From NCBI GenBank assembly GCA_019412825.1, contig DXOL01000057.1, positions 9,100 through 73,099 on the forward strand: 64,000 nucleotides of DNA. Reading direction: 5' to 3'. Shown piece after piece: positions 28,915-37,705 of this stretch. This DNA is from Bacteroides thetaiotaomicron (GTDB lineage Bacteria; Bacteroidota; Bacteroidia; Bacteroidales; Bacteroidaceae). The translations under genes and the position numbers were made by a program. The notes beneath the pieces were generated by a model. The model saw nothing but the letters and a program-made list of their open reading frames with translations, did no database searches and was not told the origin of the DNA. Positions within the stretch are counted from its first letter, which is position 1; every line of letters begins with the position of its first letter.

Positions 28915-30237
28915 ATGGATTTATTAAAGAACATATTTAAAGGCGACAAGGTAATCTGGATTATCTTCCTCTGTCTCTGCCTCATCTCGATTATCGAGGT
29001 GTTTTCGGCAGCATCGACGCTGACGTACAAAAGCGGCGACCACTGGGGACCGATAACACAGCACTCTATCATCCTGATGGTGGGTGCCGTAGTAGTGGTA
29101 TTTCTGCATAATGTCCCCTACAAATGGTTCCAGGTATTCCCTGTCTTCCTGTATCCGATTTCACTCGTTCTGCTGGCATTCGTCACGCTGATGGGTATCA
29201 TTACAGGCGACCGTGTCAATGGAGCAGCCCGCTGGATGACCTTTATGGGACTGCAATTCCAGCCATCGGAATTGGCAAAGATGGCTGTCATCATTGCCGT
29301 TTCGTTTATCCTGTCCAAGAGACAGGATGAAGAAGGAGCCAACCCCAATGCCTTTAAATACATCATGATCCTTACCGGACTGGTTCTCGTACTGATTGCT
29401 CCGGAAAACCTGTCGACAGCCATGTTGCTGTTCGGCGTCGTATTCATGATGATGTTCATCGGACGGGTGGCGGCAAAGAAGCTCCTTCTACTGGCAGGAG
29501 GACTTGTGCTGATTGTCGCACTCGGCGTAGGTACGGTAGTTGCCATCCCTGCCAAAACGCTGCATAGCACTCCCGGACTTCACCGTCTGGAGACTTGGCA
29601 GAACCGTATCAAAGGTTTCTTCGATAAAGACGAAGTGCCCGCAGCCAAATTCGATATAGACAAAGACGCACAGATCGCCCATGCCCGAATTGCCATCGCT
29701 ACCAGTCACGTAGTGGGCAAAGGACCGGGAAACTCCATACAGCGTGACTTCCTCAGTCAGGCATTCTCCGACTTTATCTTTGCGATTGTCATCGAAGAAA
29801 TGGGATTGATAGGAGGTATATTTGTCGTATTCCTCTACCTCTGTCTGCTGATGCGGGCGGGACGCATCGCGCAAAAGTGCGAACGGACTTTCCCCGCCTT
29901 CCTTGTCATGGGTATCGCTTTGCTGCTGGTATCGCAGGCAATACTGAATATGATGGTTGCCGTGGGACTGTTCCCCGTAACAGGCCAGCCTCTGCCTTTG
30001 GTCAGCAAGGGAGGTACAAGTACATTGATCAACTGCGCTTATATCGGAATGATATTAAGCGTGAGCCGATATACTGCTCATCTGGAAGAACAGAAAGCCC
30101 ATGATGCACAGATTCAGATGCAGATAGAAGCCGGTACAGCTCCTTCGGAAGCACAAATCGTCGCTGAACCTACTGCACAGATTCTGAACAGCGATGCCAA
30201 GTTTGAGGATGAACATGATAGCAGTAAACGAGGGTGA
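28915..30237 (+). CDS. ftsW: FtsW/RodA/SpoVE-family peptidoglycan glycosyltransferase.
   Basis: Polytopic membrane protein with SEDS blocks (LQFQPSELAK, FSDFIFAIVIEEMGLIGG, PVTGQPLPLVSKGGTS) in the dcw position. Confidence 0.9.
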   Translation: MDLLKNIFKGDKVIWIIFLCLCLISIIEVFSAASTLTYKSGDHWGPITQHSIILMVGAVVVVFLHNVPYKWFQVFPVFLYPISLVLLAFVTLMGIITGDRVNGAARWMTFMGLQFQPSELAKMAVIIAVSFILSKRQDEEGANPNAFKYIMILTGLVLVLIAPENLSTAMLLFGVVFMMMFIGRVAAKKLLLLAGGLVLIVALGVGTVVAIPAKTLHSTPGLHRLETWQNRIKGFFDKDEVPAAKFDIDKDAQIAHARIAIATSHVVGKGPGNSIQRDFLSQAFSDFIFAIVIEEMGLIGGIFVVFLYLCLLMRAGRIAQKCERTFPAFLVMGIALLLVSQAILNMMVAVGLFPVTGQPLPLVSKGGTSTLINCAYIGMILSVSRYTAHLEEQKAHDAQIQMQIEAGTAPSEAQIVAEPTAQILNSDAKFEDEHDSSKRG

Positions 30238-30259
30238 ACGGACAGAAAAAAGGATTATT

Positions 30260-31378
30260 ATGGAAAAAGAACTTAGAATTATCATCAGCGGTGGAGGCAC
30301 AGGAGGACATATCTTCCCTGCCGTATCTATCGCCAACGCTATAATAGAGCTGCGACCGGACGCAAAAATCTTATTTGTGGGTGCCGAAGGACGTATGGAG
30401 ATGCAGCGGGTTCCCGACGCAGGCTATAAGATTATCGGGCTACCGATAGCCGGTTTCGACCGCAAACATTTATGGAAAAACGTATCCGTACTGATCAAAC
30501 TGGCACGCAGCCAGTGGAAAGCACGCAGCATCATCAAAAACTTCCGCCCGCAAGTAGCGGTAGGCGTAGGAGGATACGCCAGCGGACCGACACTCAAGAC
30601 TGCCGGAATGATGGGAGTGCCGACTCTGATTCAGGAACAGAACTCGTATGCCGGAGTCACGAATAAGCTGCTGGCACAAAAAGCAAAGGTTATTTGTGTT
30701 GCATACGATGGAATGGAAAAGTTCTTTCCTGCCGATAAGATTATAATGACCGGAAATCCCGTTCGCCAGAATCTGACGAAGGATATGCCGGAAAAAGGCG
30801 CGGCACTACGTTCCTTCAATCTGCTTCCGGATAAGAAGACAATTCTGATTGTAGGCGGCAGCCTCGGCGCACGTACCATTAATAATACGCTGACCGCAGC
30901 ATTAGCCACAATTAGAGAAAACAACGATATACAGTTCATCTGGCAGACCGGAAAATATTACTATCCGCAGGTGACAGAAGCCGTACGGGCAGCAGGAGAA
31001 CTTCCGAATCTGTACGTGACGGACTTCATCAAGGATATGGCAGCCGCTTACGCAGCTTCCGACCTCGTGATTTCACGCGCGGGAGCCGGCTCTATTTCAG
31101 AGTTTTGTCTGTTGCACAAACCTGTGGTTCTGGTTCCTTCGCCCAATGTGGCAGAAGATCATCAGACCAAGAATGCACTGGCATTGGTAGACAAACAAGC
31201 CGCCATCTATGTAAAAGACAGCGAAGCGGAAGCAAAGTTGATGGATGTAGCCCTGAGCACAGTAGCTGACGACCGGAAACTGAAAGAACTAAGTGAGAAT
31301 ATAGCCAGGTTGGCTTTGCCCGACTCTGCACGAATCATCGCGCAGGAAGTAATCAAGCTGGCAGAAAGCGGAAACTGA
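30260..31378 (+). CDS. murG: Undecaprenyldiphospho-muramoylpentapeptide beta-N-acetylglucosaminyltransferase.
   Basis: Motifs GGGTGGHIFPA, GGYASGP and RAGAGSISE. The start is set at MEKELRII (30260). Confidence 0.92.
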   Translation: MEKELRIIISGGGTGGHIFPAVSIANAIIELRPDAKILFVGAEGRMEMQRVPDAGYKIIGLPIAGFDRKHLWKNVSVLIKLARSQWKARSIIKNFRPQVAVGVGGYASGPTLKTAGMMGVPTLIQEQNSYAGVTNKLLAQKAKVICVAYDGMEKFFPADKIIMTGNPVRQNLTKDMPEKGAALRSFNLLPDKKTILIVGGSLGARTINNTLTAALATIRENNDIQFIWQTGKYYYPQVTEAVRAAGELPNLYVTDFIKDMAAAYAASDLVISRAGAGSISEFCLLHKPVVLVPSPNVAEDHQTKNALALVDKQAAIYVKDSEAEAKLMDVALSTVADDRKLKELSENIARLALPDSARIIAQEVIKLAESGN

Positions 31379-31423
31379 CAGGCTACACAGAACAAGAATT
31401 ATAAAAAGAAACAGTATAAAGAA

Positions 31424-32827
31424 ATGAATATTGAAACGATCAAATCAGTCTACTTTGTCGGTGCCGGAGGCATCGGTATGAGTGCGCTTGTCCGTTATTT
31501 CCTTTCCAAAGGAAAAGTAGTAGCCGGATACGACCGCACCCCGACTCCATTGACTGAAAACCTCATCGCCGAAGGCGCACAAATACATTACGAAGAAAAC
31601 GTCCGACTGATTCCGGAAGCCTGCAAAGACAAAGAAAGCACTTTAGTCATATTGACTCCCGCCGTTCCGCAGGAACACGAAGAATTGGTTTATTTCCGCA
31701 ACAACGGATTCGAAATACAAAAGCGCGCGCAAGTACTGGGAACGATCACTCATTCCAGCAAAGGTCTGTGTGTAGCCGGCACTCATGGCAAAACGACCAC
31801 TTCTACCATGACCGCTCACCTGTTCCACCAATCGCACGTAGAATGCACCGCTTTCCTCGGAGGCATCTCCAAGAATTACGGCACCAATCTGCTGCTCTCT
31901 CAGAAAAGCCCTTATACGGTCATCGAAGCAGACGAGTTCGACCGATCTTTCCATTGGCTGTCCCCTTATATGTCTGTCATCACTGCCACAGACCCCGATC
32001 ATCTGGACATCTACGGAACAGAAAAGGCATACCTCGAAAGCTTCGAACATTATACAACACTGATCCAGCCGGGCGGTGCACTGATTATCCGCAAGGGCAT
32101 CTCACTGCAACCGAAAGTACAGGCCGGAGTCCATGTCTATACCTATTCGCGTGACGAAGGAGACTTCCACGCCGAGAATATCCGCATCGGAAACGGTGAA
32201 ATCTTCATCGACTTCGTTGCCCCCGACACACGTATCAATGATATCCAACTGGGAGTTCCGGTAAGCATCAACATCGAGAACGGCGTAGCCGCCATGGCGC
32301 TCGCCCACCTCAACGGAGTGACCGACGAAGAGATCAAACAAGGAATGCACAGCTTCCGCGGTGTAGACCGCCGGTTCGATTTCAAGATCAAGAATGATCA
32401 GGTAGTCTTTCTGAGCGACTACGCCCATCATCCCTCTGAAATCAAACAGAGCGTGTTGTCTATCCGCGAACTCTATAAAGACAAGAAGATCACAGCCATC
32501 TTCCAGCCGCACCTGTACACCCGTACCCGCGACTTCTATCAGGACTTTGCCGATAGCCTGTCGCTACTGGACGAAGTCATTCTGGTAGACATCTATCCGG
32601 CCCGTGAAACACCGATCCCCGGTGTCACCAGCAAGCTGATATACGACAACCTCCGTCCGGGCATCGAAAAAAGTATGTGCAAAAAGGAAGAAATACTGAA
32701 CATTCTGAAAGATAAAAACATTGAAGTATTAATAACTCTGGGAGCCGGAGACATAGACAATTATGTCCCCGACATAAAGAAAGAGCTGGAAAAAATGAAG
32801 AACGAAGAACGAAAAACAAAGAACTAA
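31424..32827 (+). CDS. murC: UDP-N-acetylmuramate--L-alanine ligase.
   Basis: Motifs GAGGIGMSAL, AGTHGKTTT and DYAHHPSEI. Confidence 0.93.
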   Translation: MNIETIKSVYFVGAGGIGMSALVRYFLSKGKVVAGYDRTPTPLTENLIAEGAQIHYEENVRLIPEACKDKESTLVILTPAVPQEHEELVYFRNNGFEIQKRAQVLGTITHSSKGLCVAGTHGKTTTSTMTAHLFHQSHVECTAFLGGISKNYGTNLLLSQKSPYTVIEADEFDRSFHWLSPYMSVITATDPDHLDIYGTEKAYLESFEHYTTLIQPGGALIIRKGISLQPKVQAGVHVYTYSRDEGDFHAENIRIGNGEIFIDFVAPDTRINDIQLGVPVSINIENGVAAMALAHLNGVTDEEIKQGMHSFRGVDRRFDFKIKNDQVVFLSDYAHHPSEIKQSVLSIRELYKDKKITAIFQPHLYTRTRDFYQDFADSLSLLDEVILVDIYPARETPIPGVTSKLIYDNLRPGIEKSMCKKEEILNILKDKNIEVLITLGAGDIDNYVPDIKKELEKMKNEERKTKN

Positions 32828-32904
32828 GAATTTCTACGCTGCATCATACAGTCGCGCAGCCAATTCTCAATTCTTCATTTTCAATTCTCAATTAAATAAA
32901 AACT

Positions 32905-33651
32905 ATGGTAAAGAGAATCCTTCTATCTATCGTCATGTTGATGCTTATCGCCTACCTCGGCATAGCCATCACCGCTTTCAACCGCAAGCCTGCCGACCAG
33001 ACCTGCCGTGACGTAGAGCTGGTCATCAAGGATACCGCTTATGCCGGCTTCATCACCAAAGAAGAAGTGAAAGGCATCCTCCAGCATAAAGGTATCTACC
33101 CTATCGGGAAAAAGATGGAGCGCATCTCTACCAAGTCACTGGAACGGGAACTGAGCAAGCATCCACTGATCGACGAAGCGGAATGCTACAAGACACCCAG
33201 CGGCAAAGTCTGCGTGGAAGTGACGCAACGCATACCGATATTACGCATCATGAGTGCCAACGGAGAAAATTATTACCTCGATAATAAAGGAACCGTCATG
33301 CCACCGGAAGCAAAATGCGTCGCACATCGGGCAATTGTCACCGGAAACGTAGAAAAGTCGTTTGCAATGAAGGATTTATATAAGTTTGGTGTATTTTTGC
33401 AAAACAATAAGTTCTGGGACGCCCAGATAGAACAAATCCATGTGTTGCCCGACCGCAACATCGAACTGGTACCTCGTGTAGGCGACCACCTCGTCTATCT
33501 CGGCAAACTTGAAAACTTTGAAAACAAACTGGCACGCCTGAAAGAATTCTACCAAAAAGGACTCAATCAGGTAGGCTGGAACAAATATTCACGCATCAGT
33601 CTTGAATTCAGCAACCAGATTATCTGTACGAAGAGAGAGAGTAATAGGTAA
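32905..33651 (+). CDS. ftsQ: Cell division protein FtsQ (N-terminal TM segment plus POTRA domain).
   Basis: 248 aa with one N-terminal TM segment (LLSIVMLMLIAYLGIAITAF). Position between murC and ftsA. Confidence 0.8.
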   Translation: MVKRILLSIVMLMLIAYLGIAITAFNRKPADQTCRDVELVIKDTAYAGFITKEEVKGILQHKGIYPIGKKMERISTKSLERELSKHPLIDEAECYKTPSGKVCVEVTQRIPILRIMSANGENYYLDNKGTVMPPEAKCVAHRAIVTGNVEKSFAMKDLYKFGVFLQNNKFWDAQIEQIHVLPDRNIELVPRVGDHLVYLGKLENFENKLARLKEFYQKGLNQVGWNKYSRISLEFSNQIICTKRESNR

Positions 33652-33682
33652 TAAGTAACAGGTAATAGGTAATAGGTGATGG
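33641..33682. repeat. Heptanucleotide tandem repeat (GTAAYAG)x6 spanning the ftsQ stop codon.
   Basis: The units read GTAATAG GTAATAA GTAACAG GTAATAG GTAATAG GTGATGG. Confidence 0.8.
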
Positions 33683-33734
33683 GATGAAGCTCTCAAAATA
33701 GAAAGTTGAAAATAATTAAATTGTAAATAAAGAG

Positions 33735-35186
33735 ATGGCAACAACAGAATTTATCGCCGCTATTGAACTTGGTTCATCGAAGATAACCGGTGTGGCCGGA
33801 AGAAAGAACAGTGACGGAAGTATGCAGGTACTGGCATACGCCCAGGAAGACTCTTCAACGTTTATCCGCAAAGGAGTGATCTTCAATCTGGACAAGACAG
33901 CGCAAAGCCTGACTTCTATCATCAACAGACTGGAAGGTGAGTTGAAAAACTCAATCGCCAAGGTATACGTAGGCATTGGCGGACAATCCCTCCGCACAGT
34001 CCGCAACGTAGTAAGTCGCGACCTGGAAGAAGAAGCGATTATCTCGGAAGAGCTGGTAAGCGCTATCGGCGATGAGAACGTAGCGATTCCGGTAGTCGAT
34101 ATGGATATACTGGACGTAGCGCCACAAGAATACAAAGTCGGCAATAATCTGCAAGCCAACCCGGTGGGACTGGTAGGAAGCCACATCGAAGGACGTTTCC
34201 TCAATATCGTCGCCCGCTCTTCCGTACGGAAGAATCTGGAACACTGCTTCCAGCAGGCAAAGATCGATATTGCCGACCAACTGATCGCGCCACTGGTAAC
34301 AGCCAATGCCGTGCTGACCGAGAGCGAACGCCGTTCAGGCTGCGCACTCATCGACTTCGGAGCTGATACCACCACTATTTCGGTTTATAAAAACAACATT
34401 CTCCGCTTCCTGACAGTACTACCGTTGGGAGGAAACAGCATCACCCGCGACATCACCACCCTGCAAATGGAGGAGGAAGAAGCGGAACGTCTGAAGAAAA
34501 CATACGGAGACGCCCTATACGAAGAAGACGAAAGCGAAGAGCCCGCCACCTGCAAGCTCGAAGATGAAAGCCGCACAGTCGAACTGAGCAAGCTCAACAA
34601 CATCATCGAGGCACGTGCCGAGGAAATCATCGCCAACGTATGGAACCAGATTCAAATCTCCGGCTACGAAGACAAACTGCTGGCCGGCATCATCCTCACA
34701 GGTGGCGCCGCCAACCTGAAGAATCTGGAAGAAATGCTTCGCAGACGCTCGAAGATAGAAAAGATGAGAATGGCGAAACTACCTCGCAACACCGTTCACG
34801 CTCCCAGCAATATACTGAAGAAGGACGGTTCGCAGAACACCCTGTTCGGACTTCTGTTCGAAGGCAATCAAAACTGCTGCCTGATAGAAACCGCTCCCCA
34901 GATACCGGTCACTCCCGCCACTCCCCGACCGGAGCCGGAAGTTCACAAGACCGTAGATATGTTTGAGGACGATCAGGAACTGAAAGAGCAAGCCCGACTG
35001 GCACGCCTCAAAAAAGAAGAGGAAGAGAAAGAAGCACGGGCAGCCGCCAAGGAAGCTGAAAGACTCCGCAAGCAGAAGGAGAAAGAAGAGAAAGAAAGAC
35101 GCAAGAGAGAAGCCGGTCCCAGTTGGATTCAACGCAAGATCGACTCCCTGACCAAGGAAATCTTCTCTGATGACGATATGAAATAA
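33735..35186 (+). CDS. ftsA: Cell division protein FtsA (actin-like ATPase) with a K/E-rich C-terminal linker.
   Basis: Motifs: IELGSSKITG, IGGQS, LIDFGADTTTISV, LTGGAANLKNL. A charged tail (KKEEEEKEARAAAKEAERLRKQKEKEEKERRKRE) precedes a terminal amphipathic segment. Confidence 0.93.
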   Translation: MATTEFIAAIELGSSKITGVAGRKNSDGSMQVLAYAQEDSSTFIRKGVIFNLDKTAQSLTSIINRLEGELKNSIAKVYVGIGGQSLRTVRNVVSRDLEEEAIISEELVSAIGDENVAIPVVDMDILDVAPQEYKVGNNLQANPVGLVGSHIEGRFLNIVARSSVRKNLEHCFQQAKIDIADQLIAPLVTANAVLTESERRSGCALIDFGADTTTISVYKNNILRFLTVLPLGGNSITRDITTLQMEEEEAERLKKTYGDALYEEDESEEPATCKLEDESRTVELSKLNNIIEARAEEIIANVWNQIQISGYEDKLLAGIILTGGAANLKNLEEMLRRRSKIEKMRMAKLPRNTVHAPSNILKKDGSQNTLFGLLFEGNQNCCLIETAPQIPVTPATPRPEPEVHKTVDMFEDDQELKEQARLARLKKEEEEKEARAAAKEAERLRKQKEKEEKERRKREAGPSWIQRKIDSLTKEIFSDDDMK

Positions 35187-35203
35187 ATTCAAAATTCAAT
35201 AAT

Positions 35204-36511
35204 ATGGACGAGATAGTACAATTCGATTTCCCGACCGACTCACCGAAAATCATCAAAGTAATTGGTGTAGGTGGCGGTGGCGGTAACGCTGTGAACCACA
35301 TGTACCGGGAAGGCATACATGACGTAACGTTCGTTCTCTGCAACACGGACAACCAGGCATTGGCCGAGTCACCCGTTCCGGTGAAACTGCAACTGGGCCG
35401 TAGCATCACACAAGGACTTGGAGCCGGCAACCGTCCCGAACGGGCACGCGACGCCGCCGAAGAAAGTATTGACGATATCAAAGAACAGTTGAACGACGGC
35501 ACCAAGATGGTATTCATCACTGCCGGAATGGGAGGAGGAACCGGAACCGGAGCCGCCCCTGTCATCGCCCGCATTGCGAAGGAGATGGATATTCTGACAG
35601 TAGGTATTGTCACCATTCCATTTATTTTCGAAGGAGAAAAGAAAATCATTCAGGCACTGGACGGCGTCGAACGTATCGCCCAGCACGTAGATGCCCTGCT
35701 GGTCATCAACAACGAGCGCCTGCGCGAAATATATGCCGACCTTACCTTCATGAATGCTTTCGGCAAGGCCGATGATACGCTTTCCATCGCCGCAAAGAGT
35801 ATCGCCGAGATTATCACCATGCGTGGTACGGTGAATCTGGACTTTGCCGATGTGAAGACCATCCTGAAAGATGGTGGTGTAGCCATCATGAGTACCGGAT
35901 TCGGAGAAGGCGAAAACCGTGTCACCAAAGCTATCGACGACGCCCTCCACTCTCCGCTGCTGAACAACAACGACATCTTCAACGCTAAAAAGGTGATGTT
36001 GAACGTATCCTTCTGTCCCACGTCCGAACTGATGATGGAAGAAATGAACGAGATACACGAGTTCATGAGCAAGTTCCGCGAAGGTGTGGAAGTAATCTGG
36101 GGTGTTGCCGTAGACAACTCTCTGGACACCAAAGTAAAGATCACCGTACTCGCCACCGGATTTGGTGTGGAAGACGTGCCCGGTATGGACACACTGCACG
36201 AAGCCCGCAGTCAGGAGGAAGAAGAACGCCAGTTGCAGCTTGAAGAAGAGAAGGAGAAGAACAAAGAACGTATCCGCAAGGCATACGGTGAAAGTGCCGG
36301 TATCGGAAAGAAAAGCCTGCGCAGCCGCCGCCATATCTATATCTTCAATACCGAAGATTTGGACAACGACGACATCATCGCCATGATAGAGGAATCTCCT
36401 ACTTACACGCGCGATAAAACGAAGCTGTTGAAGATCAAGACGAAAGCGGCTCTTGAAGAGGAAGTTGCCATGGAAGAGGCTACGGACAATGACGGAGTAA
36501 TCACTTTCTAG
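35204..36511 (+). CDS. ftsZ: Cell division GTPase FtsZ.
   Basis: Tubulin signature motifs GVGGGGGNAVN and GMGGGTGTGAAPV. Confidence 0.97.
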   Translation: MDEIVQFDFPTDSPKIIKVIGVGGGGGNAVNHMYREGIHDVTFVLCNTDNQALAESPVPVKLQLGRSITQGLGAGNRPERARDAAEESIDDIKEQLNDGTKMVFITAGMGGGTGTGAAPVIARIAKEMDILTVGIVTIPFIFEGEKKIIQALDGVERIAQHVDALLVINNERLREIYADLTFMNAFGKADDTLSIAAKSIAEIITMRGTVNLDFADVKTILKDGGVAIMSTGFGEGENRVTKAIDDALHSPLLNNNDIFNAKKVMLNVSFCPTSELMMEEMNEIHEFMSKFREGVEVIWGVAVDNSLDTKVKITVLATGFGVEDVPGMDTLHEARSQEEEERQLQLEEEKEKNKERIRKAYGESAGIGKKSLRSRRHIYIFNTEDLDNDDIIAMIEESPTYTRDKTKLLKIKTKAALEEEVAMEEATDNDGVITF

Positions 36512-36566
36512 ATGGTTCTTCCCCTTGCTATTACAAATTGTAAATAATTAAAATATAAATATCATC

Positions 36567-37016
36567 ATGGATTTATTTGACAAAGTCAGCGAAGACATTA
36601 AAAACGCAATGAAGGCAAAAGATAAAGTTGCCTTGGAGACTTTAAGAAACATAAAGAAATTCTTCATCGAAGCTAAAACAGCTCCGGGAGCCAACGATAC
36701 ACTGACAGACGAAGCAGCCTTGAAAATCATTCAGAAACTGGTGAAACAAGGTAAGGACTCTGCCGAAATATATATCGGACAGGGACGCCAGGATTTGGCT
36801 GACGGAGAACTGGCACAGGTTGCCGTAATGGAAGCTTATTTGCCCAAACAAATGACTGCTGAAGAACTGGAAGCTGCATTGAAGGAAATCATTGCCGAGA
36901 CAGGTGCTACCAGCGGAAAAGATATGGGTAAAGTGATGGGAGTTGCCTCCAAGAAGTTGGCAGGACTGGCAGAAGGCCGTGCTATTTCTGCAAAAGTAAA
37001 AGAGTTGTTGGGATAA
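36567..37016 (+). CDS. yqeY: GatB/YqeY domain protein.
   Basis: 149 aa. Typical YqeY blocks: KNAMKAKDKV.LETLR, AEELEAALKEIIAETGA.S.KDMGKVMG. Confidence 0.88.
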   Translation: MDLFDKVSEDIKNAMKAKDKVALETLRNIKKFFIEAKTAPGANDTLTDEAALKIIQKLVKQGKDSAEIYIGQGRQDLADGELAQVAVMEAYLPKQMTAEELEAALKEIIAETGATSGKDMGKVMGVASKKLAGLAEGRAISAKVKELLG

Positions 37017-37104
37017 CTCTCCACACCTCCTCCCAGAAATAAAAAAAACTTTTTGGTCTCACGGTCTCATTCCATTAAGATAAGCCGTAGATAATCAGCA
37101 ATAT

Positions 37105-37150
37105 AAAGAGTGAGAGATCCTTTTCAAGCAGGTATCTCTCACTCTTTTCT
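37105..37150 (+). terminator. Rho-independent terminator after yqeY.
   Basis: Perfect 14-bp stem: AAAGAGTGAGAGAT (37105..37118) with ATCTCTCACTCTTT (37134..37147). A T-rich tail follows. Confidence 0.7.
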
Positions 37151-37278
37151 TCATTCAAACTGTCTATTTTTCACGTATCTCTCATTCACTTCAAGGGTAT
37201 CTCTCATTGTTTTTAAGGCTTTATATGTTATCCTGCTACCTATATCCTTCTCTTTTGATACCTACATCTGCATGTTTT

Positions 37279-37398
37279 CTTACCGACATCTTCATCGTTC
37301 CACCCGGGTAGGACGAACTGTCTACTACTGTGACACGATCAGTTCACCTAAGTGCGATGATCATATCACCCGGGTAGAACGATGAAGATATCGGTGAG
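37279..37398. repeat. Element of about 120 bp with 32-bp imperfect terminal inverted repeats and a CACCCGGGT core.
   Basis: Left arm 37279..37310 is CTTACCGACATCTTCATCGTTCCACCCGGGTA. The reverse complement of the right arm 37367..37398 is CTCACCGATATCTTCATCGTTCTACCCGGGTG. Identity is 28/32 and the spacer is 56 bp. Confidence 0.85.
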
Positions 37399-37607
37399 AT
37401 AATATGATAATACCAATTGAAAGACAGGAGAATATAGGATCATTTGCATCTAAAAGAGCGGTAAACAATAACTTCTTTAGTATAAAACAGGATAAGAAGA
37501 ACTAATCATTGCCCTTTTCTAAGGTTACTTGATTTATGAAATCATCCTTTTTGCATCAAATTACAAGAATAATGACATTAAAAATAGCATTATATAAATT
37601 AAAGCTT

Positions 37608-37615
37608 TACTTTTG
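37608..37615 (+). promoter_or_regulatory. Bacteroides-type -7 box (TACTTTTG) upstream of the TPR/LuxR regulator gene.
   Basis: Exact match to TAnnTTTG, 91 bp upstream of the ATG at 37706. Confidence 0.45.
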
Positions 37616-37705
37616 TAACAAAACAAAGGAAACACTCCTGCTTTGACGACAGGCAAAACATTCTTTTTGGATAGTTTCTACAACGAACTAAATTACGACA
37701 AACAG

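Noticed and set aside
35369-36334. Long antisense or alternative-frame ORFs inside well-supported genes. Examples: 35369..36334(-) in ftsZ, 27597..28499(-) in murD, 58988..60097(-) in gyrB, 18297..19349(+) opposite glsB/glsA, 61862..62713(+) opposite gpmI, 33716..34375(-) in ftsA, 22918..23589(-) in ftsI.
   Set aside because: Each is fully embedded opposite or out of frame to a gene with unmistakable family motifs. Their translations are low-complexity with no recognisable motifs. I take them as typical shadow ORFs.
37110-37385. ORF 37110..37385(+), 91 aa, downstream of yqeY.
   Set aside because: It starts inside the yqeY terminator stem and spans the direct repeats and the left inverted-repeat arm. 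It is hydrophobic and low-complexity and is most likely non-coding.
37279-37398. A second invertible promoter (inverton) at the island border.
   Set aside because: The inverted repeats enclose only 56 bp. I find no TAnnTTTG/TTTG promoter elements on either strand inside, and no recombinase gene is adjacent. A hairpin, MITE-like element or recombination scar is more plausible.
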